A stretch of DNA of 63,244 nt, filler included, from Hyphochytrium catenoides (Eukaryota > Protista > Hyphochytriomycota), in assembly GCA_900088475.1 (NCBI GenBank). It is 11 parts of 11 records of this genome, joined end to end, with 100 filler letters (N's around TTAATTAATTAA, not from the genome) between each part and the next. Parts side by side here need not be neighbours in the genome. Positions count along the whole stretch, not along the records: positions 21,138 to 44,500 come from FLMG01001378.1; 10 more parts are not named here. One strand, written 5' to 3'. The notes under the pieces were generated by a model. It searched no databases. It had not been told where the DNA came from and saw only the letters and a program-made list of their open reading frames with translations. Position numbers and translations under genes: made by a program. Below, piece after piece: positions 24,827 through 37,961 of this stretch; position 1 is the first letter of the stretch; each line of letters begins with the position of its first letter.

Positions 24827-27224
24827 AGGGGAAAGGAGAAAGAGGGAAAGGGAGGGGCCGCGGGTGAAGATGAGAAAGAGAGAAAGTGAGAGAAAGAGTG
24901 GAAGACAGAGTGCGAAAGAAAGAGTGTGAGCCGAAGTGAGGGAGGGTGTGAGAGGCATGTACATATATTTGGAGAGGGAAGAGGAGGAAAGTGAAGAGAG
25001 AAAGGGAGCCGCTAGATAACATAAGCCAACAGGGCAGGCAAGAGAGAAAGAATTGAAAAGGACAGGAACTGGCAGGAGCACTAGGAAACAAGCAAAGAGA
25101 AAGAAGGGGAGAGAGCCAAGGAGAAGAAAGCGGAAGAGGGAAAGACAGAAGTTATGCGTATTGCTACACAGGGGAAGTAGAAGGCACTACATGTGGAGAG
25201 AAAATTAGTAAGAGAGAAGAGACAAGAGAGACAACCGCACAATTAAGAAAGAGCTTAGCGTCCTACCTTTTCCAAAGCTTTGTCCCTTCCCTGGGCCGCA
25301 GTTCTAGCTTTCCATGCGTCTGAGCCAAAGTCTTCATCCATTGATAGCACTCCTCTAAAGAACATAGACAGAGAGAGAGAGAGAGTGCCATCCCTGTCAG
25401 CTTCCATCTTCACTTCTTTTCCTCTCTTGGTCTTTCCTTTTCTCCATTCTCCCCCTAAGTCGCTCTTTCTTTCTCCTCTCTCTCGTTTCTCTCCTTTTTT
25501 TCCCTATCTGTCTCGCGCGCGCGTGCTATCTCTCTCTCTCTCTTTCTCTGTTTCTCTCTCCCTCGCATGCTGATCTCTCACCATCGCTCTGGCATTGGAG
25601 CAGCAGGTTTCCCTGGCGAGTGACAAGATCAAAGCAAACTTCAGGGTTCACTCCTCCGGCGGTAGAGGAGCGAATCTCCTTGATAAGCTTGCCATGAAGA
25701 GAGAAGAGAGCATCCGCCTCCTCCTCGTACAAGTGTGAGGGAGAGGAGAATGCGATGAAGCGATTCCCTGCGATAACGTAGAACTAAGAGAGAAAGGGAC
25801 AGAGAGAAAAAGGAGAGGGCATTAGAGACACAAAGAGACCAAGAAAAGAGAGACCAGCGGATTCCAGAAAGTTAGTTGGCTTCATTTTATAGGTAGAATA
25901 GAGATGGCAGAGGATGATGATAGAGAAAAAGAGAAGGACAGGGAGAGAGAGAGAGCATCCAGCTCGCAAGGCAGGATCAAGTACAGCTTTTCCTCTCATA
26001 ATATATCCATTAGGGAACTGGTGAAAGGGACAAGGCAAGCAAAAGGGAGAGAAGAGAGCGGAGGAGAAAGATAGAGAAGAAAGAGATCCAGCAACAAAAA
26101 GAGAGAGAGAGAGAGTTACCTGCTCTATCCATTTTCTTCCCTCCCATTCTCTCATCGATCCCTTTAGTGTCACTGTCTGGTCGATCCTCCTCCGTCTCTG
26201 GTCTCCTTCTTCTCTCAAAAGACCTCCAAGAGTGGCGCCGAGCTTGTGTCTCCGGCTTCCTTCGTAGCCGTACATTACCTTAGCCTCCTTTAGAGCACGC
26301 AGCCAGGTGAGCTGCACAGAGAGAGAGAAAAAGAGAAGAGAGAGAGGTGTAAGAGAGGAAGGAGAGAAAGGGAGAGAGAAAGAGCTATAATTTGATGCAG
26401 AAATGACGCCATGACAAGTGAGACAGGAAGCCCGAAGATATACCCGCCAGCAATTTCTTTTTTAGCGGAAGGAAAGAGAAAGAGAGAGAGAGATGAAAGA
26501 CAGAGAGGTTGAAGTGTGAGAAAGAGGAAAGGAGAAACAGAGAGAAAGTCGCCGCGTTAAATGGAAACACAGAATATGGGACCGAGAGACTACCCTGGAG
26601 AACAATCAATGAAAGTGAAAGAAGAACGGGAGAAGGAAAGAGGGAGACAGGAGAGAGCGTCAGAGAAAAACAGATACCGAGAAACCGAGAGAGAACAGAG
26701 TGAGAGAAAGAGAGAGAGATTAGAAGAATGCGAGAGAGAGCGACCACCTCTTGGGCATCGGTCCTGGCAACGAGAGTGATGATCCCTCCATCTGTGAAGT
26801 GCAAATCTATGGCATTCTCAGGGGCATTCACATCGTGACGAGGCACTACCTCCTCCAGACATGTCAGATCGATGATCCCATAGTGAATGCCAATCTATAG
26901 AGAGAGAGAGAAGGGAGAGGAAGAGAGGAGTCAGACAGAGAGAGGCCCAGGAGGGAGGGAGAGAAAAAGAGAGAGAGAGGAAGCTTTAGTAAGAAAAAGA
27001 GAGAGTGTGAAAGAGAAAGGGAGAGAGATAGAGATAGAGACAGAGACAGAGACAGGAAGAATACAGAAGGACAGTAAAAGGAGAGGACAGGGACAGCCCG
27101 CAGGTCCGGAGGAAAGGAGGGAGAAAGAAAAAAAGAAGAGAGACAGAGAGAGAGAGACAGAGAGAGAGACAGAGAGGGAGAGAGACAGACAGAGAGAGAG
27201 AGACAGAGAGGGAGAGAGACAGAC

Positions 27225-27256
<32 letters not shown>

Positions 27257-30200
27257 GAGAGAAACCGGGAATGAACGACAGGGATGCAGCAGTATTGTGA
27301 GCAGAAAGATAAGAAACTGAGATAGGATGCAGAGTTTTCACTACAAGGACAAAGAGAGAGAAGGAAACAGCAAGAAAGAGAGGAGAGGGAGAAGGGAGAG
27401 ATGTGATGAGAAGGAGGGGGGCCAAAAGAGAAATAGAGTGACTGTTGATACCTCATCGATGGACACTTCATGCTTGTAGATGGCCAGTTCTGATCCCATG
27501 AGAACGAAAAAGCGAGAGAGAGGAGCGCTCATCGCCGCTTCAGAGTGCCGATAGTACCACATCCAACCAGTGCGAGCGCGAGAGTATATTTGCTCCGGCT
27601 CCGCCTGTAGACGAGAGAGAAGAAGAAGAAAAGGACGAGAGGGAGAAAGCGAGAGAGAGTAAGAGAAGGAAAGGACAAGAAAGAGAAGAGCAAAAAGAGA
27701 AAAGGAGTCCAGACGTGAGGCTAGGGCGCGGTAGAGGCATGCAACGTAACAGATATCAATAAAAGAAGGCAGAAAGAACTGAAGAACGAACAAAAAAAGA
27801 GAGAGAGAGAGATAAAGAGAAGCAAAAAGGAGGAAGAACAGAGAGAGAGAGATGGAATCGTTTGCTTGGTGGGCCACGTACCGCACTTTCCTCCTCCGTC
27901 TCTAGGTAGCTTTCTACGAGAAGCTCCTCGGGATAGCTCTCGATGGCATCGCGGTCTAACCGGTCGAGGCGAAATCCAGCGGATAGAGACTGATACACAG
28001 CAGCTAGAGAGAGAGAGAGAGAGAAAGAAGAAAAGAGAGCGAGACAAGCGAGGGGTGCAGAGAATGAGAGGTGGCGGACACGAGAGAGGAGGCGAGACTC
28101 ACGAAGAGAGAAAATGTCAGAGAGGATCTCTAACGAGTTGGTGAAGAGGGAGCGAGCGTAAGCGGAGTGAGCAAGAGCCGAAGAGTTAATTACCTGCGTA
28201 GATGGCATCCGCCCAGGAGAAAAGAGCTTCCTGAAGAGAGAGAGAGAGAGAGAGACAAAGAGAGAGGGATCGAGGTGGATAGTGATGATGCGATAAAGAG
28301 AAAAAGCCACGGGGAGAGAGAGACACATCACGAAAGAAGGGATAGACGACAATACACATGGCCAGGTTAGATCAATCTCAGCAGTCACGACCACCTCACT
28401 TCTTAGCATAACTTTCTCAGATACCTTGTTCCCCTTATAAAGAGGGTCTCTCTTTCCTTTGTCTTTCCTCGTACTCATTAGCCGTCTCTCTCTATCGTAA
28501 GCCCTCCATCTCTCTCTACTTTCTCTCACACAAGCGCTAGACTAAAACTCTCTCAAAGCCCTCTTCAATCTCCCGCCTTTAGCTTTTCCTCTCTTTCTTT
28601 CTCCCTCTCTCTCTCGCGCGCGCAGGCTCTCTTCTCTCTCTATCTTCCTCCCTCCCCAATTGTTCTCTGGTCTCTCGCGGGAGTGCTCTCTACATCTCCC
28701 TGCCATTCTCCCTCCGTCCCGCTGCTTCTCTCTCTCTCTTCCTCTCTCTCTCACCTTGGAGTCGAAGGCAACTCCTATGGATATCCCTAAAAGTGCCGCC
28801 TCATAGTCAAAGGGCGAGTCACTCTGGTTGGCAGTGGGGCTCAGCTGCATTGTCTCAAGATTCGAAACCACTCGCAGCGTCAGACGGAACTCTGTCTCCG
28901 CGTGCTTACTGCCAATGCACTATCGCAACAACAGAGAGAGAGAGAGAGAGAAAGAAAGAAGCAAAGGAGAGGCAGAAAAGGCGAGTAAGGAAGACAGAGG
29001 GCACAGGGGAGAGGAGAAGGAAGAGGACGGACAATGGAAAGGTGGAGAATGGTGAGAAGGAGCAAAAGATGATTTGAAACGGGTGTCAGAGAGACAGCAT
29101 GGCACTAACAAAAGGATTGAGGCAGAGATTCCTAGCTAAAAGCGAGAGAGAGAGAGGCGAAGAAAGAGAGAGAGAGAGAGCTCCGCCACCAGAGAAAGGA
29201 AAGAGAAAAAGATTAGCAGGAGGGTTCTTATGGAGAGGGCTGCGAGGTGGAAGTATAATAAAGGATATATTCTAGAGAGAGAAAGCGGAACTGGATTAAG
29301 AGAAAGAGATTAACAGAAAGAGAGAGAGAAGCTCACCTCATTGGCTTTGAAGCCCCGTATGTCTCTCAAAGGGATCTCACAGAGCTGGCGGCCTTTGGGA
29401 GTCCGTTGGAACACGAGCTTGTCACTGCGCAAGCTGAACCATCGCTGCCGGTAGACCTAAACCACCAACCGGGAGACAGAGACATCGAGAGAAAGAGAGA
29501 GAGAGAACGGGAGGAAGACATGGGGAAGAGGAGGGACAGAAGAGCGGGAAAGGAGTGTTTAAGAGAGAGAAACGAAAACGAGGGACAGAGGGAGGCAGAG
29601 GTAGGGGAGTGCTAGATACAAGCAGAGCTAGAGACTGCTGGGAGGCAGGAAAGAAACAAACGCGAGAGAAACGTGTCAACAGGAAGAGAGAGAAGAGAGA
29701 AAGAGCAGCAGCACCTTGTTCAGGTCGTCAAACTTCCATAGCCAGCCTTCGAAAGGCTCCGTGCTAATCCATCCTTTACCTGGGGTGAGGAGGAAGAGAA
29801 ACGCGATAAGCAGAGAAAGAACCAGCCGGTTGACTAGCAACGTAACAACGAGGCGGTTGAGGGAAGAGCGCTCAGATTGCTCTTCACTCTCTCTTTCTGT
29901 CTCCCTCTCTTTTCCTCTCTTCCTCTCTCTCCGCACCTTTCTTTCCTCAGTCAACAGTACTCCTGCGTTTGTTTCCTCTCTCCTCTTTGGTTTGTGCTCT
30001 TGCTTTTCTTCTCTCTTTGCATTCCCTTACTATCTCTTCAATTTTCTCTGGTTTTTCTCCCTCTCTCTCTCTCTCTCCTCTTCTCTTCCTTTGTCTCTCT
30101 CCCTCCTTTTCTCTCTCTCTCTCCCTCTCTCTCCTGCCCTCTTTCTCTTCCCTAGAGTGGTTGCCAGACAGCCCGTCACTTCGCTTTCTTCGCAATGACC

Positions 30201-31239
30201 TGAGGGTGCGAGCACAAGTCCCGCTGCGATGGTGAGCGCCTGCATCCAGAGCTTAGCGCTTTCTTTATCTATCGCCGCCACGGCCATGGGATCCTGACCA
30301 GAGACAGAGAGGAAGAACATTTCTGGACGATCTCTGGCTGAAGCGACCTGGAGAGGAGAAAAGCAGAGAGTTACCGAAGAGAGAGAGAGAGAGAGAGAGA
30401 GAGACTAATAGCCTTACGCTAGTCCCAAGAGAGAGCAGATGAGAGCAGACATATTTTAGGAGACAGAGAGACGAGCAGCCGAACTGAGAAGAAAGATCTA
30501 GGAGACACCTCTATATTTTCCTCTTCTCTCTCTCTCTCTCTTTCGTCATCTCTCTTGCTGGCTCTTTCCTTTATGGGTAGTCCCAGTCCCTTACCTCACT
30601 GAGAAGAGAGAGATTGATGGCGAAGAGAGGGTCTTTCCACTCGTCATAGACGTCCTGTTCCCTGGCGTACGCGCAGAAGATAGAACCAGTGATGGTGGCA
30701 AACACCTGTGAAAAAGGGAAGAGAGAGATGAGAGAAGAGGTGCAAGAGTGCAACGATGCGCGGACCAACGTCAGGGGAAAGATAAGAGGGAGAGACCACA
30801 TAAAGACAACGGTGAATGGAAGTGCAGGAGAGAAAGTAACATTGGGCTCGTAAGGAGAGACAAGAGAGAGGAAAGAGAGAAAAAGAGAAAGAAGTGCACA
30901 GAGAATACATATCCTAACCAGTTACGAAAACCCTCTTTCTTTCCTCTTTCTCTCTTTTTCTCTGTCTCTCTCTCCCTCTCTCCCTCTGTCACTTTATGTC
31001 TCGTTCTGTCTCTCTCTCTATCAATGGACGTCTCCAGGTTCAAGAGAGCGTAGTCTCTCTCCTCATTGATCGCATTCTCTCTCTCCTCTACTGTCTCACC
31101 TGGCTTCCCTCTATCTCTAGCCATCCTTTGATGGTGGCGATGTCCGTCAGCGGGCGACTGCTCCCGCCACCGTTTGCGCCTTTGTTAGCGCCACCGCTCA
31201 ACCGCTGAGCACCACTGCCTCGACCTTCACTCTTCTCCT

Positions 31240-31289
<50 letters not shown>

Positions 31290-32012
31290 GGGAAAAGAAG
31301 AGCCGAAACAGAAAGAGAGAGAGTGAGAACACATGGGAGGGAAGAGAGTGACAGAGAAGAGAGAGAGACTTTGAGAGAAGAGAGAGAGAGACAGCCAGCG
31401 AAGAGAGAGTTGAGCAAAGATAAGGAGCAGTACAGGAGCATGATGGAAACGGGAAAGAGGCCGAGAAAACATGACAAAGGAGATTCTCTCTCTTCAGCTC
31501 TTTCTCATTGCATATCCTTCCTACTCTCTCTGCTCCCTTACCCTGCGAGGTGGCTGGAAAAAGTCTGCAACTTTGCTGAGCATCTGGTGCCAGATCTCCT
31601 TCAACTCGTCAGTGTCAAAGACAACCTGAGCCATGAAAGGGGAGAGAGAGAGAGGGAAAGAGAGAGAGAAAGAGAGGGAAAGGGAGAGAAAGAAGGCCAG
31701 GATTATATGAGACTCTTTTTATTTGAGACAATAGCAGAAGAGGAGACAATATAAAGAGCACTACCCTGCAGCCCAGCAGTGGAGAGGACGGAGAGAGAGA
31801 GAGAGACACGCGAAATGGGAGAGAGAAGAGATGGAAAAGGGACCGGAACGGCGAGGCCCCGTTCCAATCAACAAGAGAGACAGTAAGAGACAGAGAACAT
31901 TGACCAAATGAGGGCGGAGCATGGGCAAAGAATGAACAGCACTAGCGGTTAAAGCGCTCGTTTGAAGGGCCGCAGAGAGATGGAGAGAGGTCGATGTCGA
32001 AGATAGATAGAT

Positions 32013-32044
<32 letters not shown>

Positions 32045-33575
32045 TGTGGCTGAGGGACAGAGCGTCTGTCTACCGTGGAAATGGTTCCATTTGTGAGCAC
32101 GATCTCTAGAGCGTTGTCCTGTGCGCTCTCTTTCTCTTCCTCTACTTCCCGCACATCCTGCACCAGCCTCATGTCGATGCATCCGCAGCGCTGATCCCCG
32201 TACTGCAGAGTTAAACGAAGCAGATGATCGGGCAGACAAGTAAAGAACAGATGGAGATTGGAGGAGAGAGAGGGAAAAAGGCGTGTGAATAAGAGGAGAG
32301 AGGACAATACACATAGGAGACACAAAAAGCGGGAGATCACGTAAAGAAGAGATGGAGATGGAGGAGAGAGAGAGAAGAAAGGCATGTGAATAAGAGGAGA
32401 GACGTCAATATACACATAGGAGACACACAAAATGGGAGATCGCGAGTACATAAGGCTAAACAAGCAAGAGAAAGAAGAGAGAGAGAGAAGAAACAGAGTC
32501 AGAGGAAGAGAGAGGAAGAGAGAACAGCATCAGATAGGAGAAAGAACAGGAAACGCGAGCAGGAGAGCCATCAAAGAAGACAACCGCTGGACAGTGCTAG
32601 AAGCTGCCAGCAAGAGAGAGACGTAGTGAAAGCAAAAGGCCAGGGAGCAGTAGAAAACACCAGGAGACGAAGAAGAAGGAGGAGAGGCTAGGAGAGAAGA
32701 GATCATGGGAGAGAACAAAGAACAGGCGGAGATAGATGTCCTTACCTCGTCCATAAGAATCTCATATTTATAGAAGTGCAGCTCATAGCCTCGGAGAACC
32801 ACGAAGCGCCGTCGATAAGATCCCAGACCGACCTCCTGAGGGCACTTGACAAACATCCATCCTGACGAGACATAAGAGAGAGAGAAAGAGAGAGAAAGAG
32901 CAAGAAGCAAGTGAGAAAGCGAGAAGAGAGAGGACAAAAAGGGACCGATGGTGAGACATTGAAGGAACAGCTAAGAGGGAGATGTGATCGAAGAAAAAAG
33001 CAGAGCCCTGAGAATACACTGGAGGCCTCCTCAGAGAGAGAGACAGACCAAGAGAGAGCAGACAGATCAGGAAAATGTCCACACTCTGAGGCCAGGAATT
33101 AGGTAGCTGCTGGGACCAAACAAGACGGCTCTTTCTTTCTCTCCCAAATTCTGTCTCTTCTCACTGGTCTTCCCCTCCTATCTCCTTATTCTATCGCAAC
33201 CCTCTTCTCTCTCTCTTCGCTCGCTCTGTCTCTTCCTCTGTATCCATCTTGCTCTATAAGAGAGAGAAGGTACTCTTTTACCGTCAAGCAAGTGGGACTC
33301 TCCTAGCTCTAGGAGATGTGCTGATCTGTCCTCAGGAGCCGAGGGATCAACGGGCCGGAGGTGGAAAGGGGACATCATCCCGCCAATGCTGGCGCTGCAG
33401 AGAGGGAGAGAGAGAGAGAGTAAGCGCGGCGGACGACAGAGAGACACTACCACTGGAGACAAAGGAAGACAAGGGAGAAAGCAGATAGAAGTCCAAGTGG
33501 AGAGCCGTGCAGTGCTGGAAAGAAGTGCCGACAAACTTGAAAAAGCAAGGAGGCAATTCTGCTCCACGGCCGCAC

Positions 33576-33615
<40 letters not shown>

Positions 33616-36600
33616 AACTCTCTCTTTATGTTTCGGCCTCCTGCTCCACTGCTTGATCCTTACCCCCTGGTTCTGGCGGAGAGCTCTCCTGCGTAGGCCA
33701 GTCCTTGAGGGGATTTGGCCTGAACCTTGATAACCTCGTCGACGTTGAAGCTTCGCCCTGCCTTGTCCTTTGCCTCCTACAAGTGAGAGTATAAGGATGA
33801 TGACCGAGAAGAGTATGGACAAGAGGAAGCCAAACCCCGAGGAGAGGGAGAGAGACAGAGAAAGAGAGGAAGAAAGCGACAAGCTCACGTGAGAATGAGA
33901 AAGAAAAAAACCGTGACAGAGTGCTTTACAAGGTATAAAGTACCAACATTTCGTGCCACTGGCTTTTTATTTCTCTCTCCAGCTCTCTCTTCCCTGTGTT
34001 GCTCTATATAATGATCGAATAGTCTGTTTCTCTCTTTCGTGACAACCTCTCTTAGCACCTTGTCACTCTGTAGTTACCTGGGCAATGAGCTTCGCCCACT
34101 CTACGAGCAGGATCCTATCGTCGCTCGAGATGACAAAATCTCTGTTGAGCGAAGAACGATTCTCTGTGTACTGGACGGTGATCACTACTCTCCACTTGTT
34201 ATACTCCGTAATGCCAGGTCCTTCATACTGGAGGAGAGCGTGGCCGAGGAACCCAAGAGATAGAAAAGAAGACAGAGAGAGAAAAGAAGCACCGATAGAG
34301 AGAAAAAGAAGAAAGGTTAAGAAAATTTTGAAGGAAAGGATATCATCAGAACAAAAGGACTCTGTTCCCTTCATTGACCCATCTTTAATGGGGTTCTTCG
34401 TCAATCTTCCCCTCTCTCTCCTTCTCGCTCTCTCTTTATTTCTCTCTTCTGATTCCTTCTCCCCTGTTCTGCCTATCGTTTCCAATCTCATCTCCTTTCT
34501 AGGTGTCTGGCATGCGTCTCTCCCTTCTCCTTCTTCCGCCTTACCTCATACATCACGATCCTTGTCATTGCTGCGAGCTTCATATGTCCCATCGCACGTA
34601 TGGCATGACTGTCTTTATAATACTTAATGATCCCACCAGAGAAGAGCTTGAAGTTTCTCTTCCGGAAGTTGCCTGTCAGGTCTGAAAGTTTGAAGAGTTC
34701 TCCCTCTTTGAGCACACGCGCTCCTTCCATTCCTGCCTCTTGCTCGATGACGCTCAAGGGATGGACAGGGATGGGGCGCTGGCGGGCTTGGCCGTTGGAG
34801 AGAGGGAGATTCTTCAGAAGATTGATCCACTTAGCTGCGTCCTCTTGCGTCCTACCAGAGGGAGAGAAATAGATGAGAGAGAAGGAAACAGAGAGAAAGA
34901 GAGAGACAAAGAGGACGAGAACGAAAGAGGTAAAGGAAAAGAGAGACAAGGCATATGTCAGACGTGTTTCTCGCAAGATCTTTCCTTTGCATCTTTGTCG
35001 GTAAATCTTTGCCTTCTCTCACACCCGTTCTCTCTTCTAGTTCCTGCGCTCTGTCCCGGTGTCGTCTTTCTCTTTCTTCCTCGCTCTATAGTTCTTACAA
35101 TCAAGACTAACGCCACTCTCTCTCTCTTCTTCTACCCTTTCTCCTTCTCTCGGCTACTTTCAATTGAGCCTTCTCTCGTTATTGTCATGCCATATTACTC
35201 TCCTTCTAGCTTATCTCTACTCCTTCCCGTCTCCCTCTATCTATATCTTTCATCCCTCTCTCTGACTCTCTCTCCTTTCTCGTCTCTCTTTCTCTGTGTG
35301 TCTCTCTTTCTATTCTATCTTGATCCGTTTACCTGGTGAAGAATGTCAGCACATCATCACTTCCCTCTAGTGTGACGCCCCATTCCTTTGTATAACCCGC
35401 AATCTTCTCTCTCGCAATGCTTCTCTTGTCATGCTTGGGCCGTATATCTGACACTTTGTCGACGAGAAGGAAAGAGACATAGTCGTCCATTCTCCCGGAG
35501 AAGAGAGCCGGCTTATAGAGAAAGAGACGGGAACCGTTGAGCTGAAGCAGCCGCAGCCGGAACTGAGCAGAGTCATTGTCTTTGACAAGGACCCAGCCCT
35601 CGGCAAAGCGCGGTGTATCATGGTTCCAACGACTGTCAAGACGAAGAAAGCGAAGCGTGATGCCTCTTCCATTCTCTTTCTCTCTCTCTCTCTTGATGAG
35701 CTGTATGGCGTCGTCAAAGTTAATGGAAGAGAACTTGTGCTCGTTCACTCCGACAAGAAGGTCTCCTGCCTGGATGAGTCCTGTCTTCTCTGCAGGGCCT
35801 TTCTCTCCTGTCGGAGTAGGAGAGAAACCACTGACCATAACCTCTTCATCCACCGTTCCCCTAAGATTTATATAGAGAGGCCCAGGCTCCGTGATGGTGA
35901 TAGAGATGACCTCCTCGTTCATCTCCTCTTCCCATCTCTCTCCTCCCAGAACATCGTCCCCCAGATCGAAGAAATCATTGGAAGTAAGGATACTGCCGAG
36001 TCTTCTCTCTCCTTGTTCTCCTCCTCTCTCCGCTCCAGATTTAAGCAGGCCATTCTCTTTAATCGGATCCACGCGACGCCGAGAGGCGGTGGGTCTCATC
36101 TGGATAGACGCGCGATGTTGGCTGGTTTCTCCACGCAGCACCTTCAGGACAATAGAGGAGATGAGAAGCCATAGGAAGGGAGAGAATGAAGAGAGACAGG
36201 ACGAGAGAGAGGGAGCGGAGAAAGAAAGAGAGAAGAAGTGTGGAAAAAGAGTGAGAGGGGTGAAGAGAAAGAGAGAGAGGGTGGGGCGGCATTGAGACCT
36301 CTAATGAAGGCATGGAATAGGCAGGGAAGGAGTTTTCTTCGGAGAGAAGAGACTCAGGGAGGAATCTGTAAGAAACTAGGCGGTACTCCCAAGAGAGAAA
36401 GGACCATAAAGGAGAGAGGAGAGGAAGAGTACACCGAAAAGCAAGAATTGATAGCTCTCTAGCGAGGAGGAAAGAAGAAAGACACAGAAACAGAAACAGA
36501 GAGTCCATGGGACAGAGAGAGCGAGAGCGAGAGTAGGAAGAGAGAGAGGAGAGAAACCGAGACCCATTAAGAGAGAGAAAAGAAGTGAAGCAAGAGGAGA

Positions 36601-37166
36601 AAGGACCTGGAGAGAGCACATAGAAAGAGAAGAAAGCCTTCCTTTCCCTTTCCGCCCTGCTAAATCTTTTCTCTCTCTCTTTCTCTCTCTCTCTCTCCTA
36701 CCTGGGTCAGCACCAGGGCCCAGCGGACCATATCTTCCCTACTCTCTCCCGCGATGGTATAGATCCTGTCCGCACAGACCAAATCCAGAGAATGAGGCGG
36801 CGCATCGGCAATCCTGGAGGGCAGCGTCGCGTTGACCGAGGCGAGGTGCACCATCCCCAGCTCCTGCTCCTCTTGCTCGCTCTTATAGTACTTCAGCGTC
36901 AAGCGGCGGCGATCCAGGACAAACCAGCGCTTCTTGAAGGTGCTGGACAACGGCATGTGCAGGCGGAATCCCTTAGGATTTGTCCCCCAGTTGCGTCCTC
37001 TGGCATCCGTCGAGACCATCTGCTCCTTTCTCTTGAAGTCTGGCTTGAAGAGATATCCCTTGGGATTGTCCAGCCAGTCCTGCCGGATCGCGCCTGTGAG
37101 CTGCATCTGATGGATGTCTCGAGACAGACGCTCGTACTCATTCTCAGTGTCAAGAGAGTCGCCCAT
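24690..37166 (-). CDS. Large multi-exon protein with architecture PH-PDZ-(PH)x7, about 22 exons
   Basis: PH1 KGYLFK..FKKRWFVL..LKYYK..MVRWALVL; PDZ PGPLYINL..VMVSGF..GPAEKTGLIQAGDLLVGVN..FDDAIQLIK..ITLRFLR. Further PH starts EGWVLVK, KEGELFKL, SGWMFVK, IKGWLEI, EGWLWKF, TGWMWYY and LKGSMRE, each closed by a Trp-containing helix (KWINLL, EWAKLI, IWHQML, LWMQAL, SWADAI, TWLRAL, QWMKTL). The last exon is tentative. Confidence 0.88.
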
Positions 37167-37918
37167 CGTTCCACGGAAGGAATGTGGTGAGGCAGAAGAG
37201 GGAGAGAGAGAGAGACTAGAGAGACCGAGTGAGAAGAGAAAGAGACGATGAAGAGAGAGAGAGAGGAGAAAGGGGTTGGAGAGCGAGAGCGAGAGATTCG
37301 ACGAAGAAGAGCAAAAGCCGGGAGCACCAGAAGAAAAGAGAGAGAATCCGAGGAGGTAGTGAGGGACAAGGAGAAAAGCAAAGAGAAAGAGAGAGATTGA
37401 GGCGGACACTGAAGAGAGAGAGAGAGACTGAGAGAACGAAAGGATGAATAGAGACGCTTCTTGAAGATCCTTGGAAGGAGGACGGACGCCAGCTCTGGTG
37501 TGCTGCTACAGCTCCTCAGGAAGAAGAGAGATCCTGTCTAACCAGAGCCTCTCAGTGCTGCCTTCATATGGAGCTTCCTCCGTCTCTGAGCCTCTTCTCC
37601 TGCGCCCGATGGTGCTGCGTCTTCCTGCAGATTTAGCTCAGGATGAGAGCTGAGAGAGACATCAACGCCGTGCATTCAGCGCAGTCCCTGGCCTCGTTGT
37701 CTTCTGTGACTGGCATCATAACGCTCATTAGAAGCGAAGATAGAGAGACATCAACGAAACCCAAAGAGAAGGAAGTAGGGAAAGAAGAGGAGAGACTGGG
37801 AGACGAAGATGAAGAAAGAGGAAGAGGGAGAGAGAGAGAGCGCGCGAGAGAGAGAGCGAGTGTGAGAGCGCGAGAGAGAGAGTGTGTGACATAGAGAGAG
37901 AGGAAGAGAGAGTGTGTG

Positions 37919-37961
<43 letters not shown>

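Noticed and set aside
37450-37730. Upstream coding exon of the PH gene
   Set aside because: Contains stops; more likely 5' UTR.
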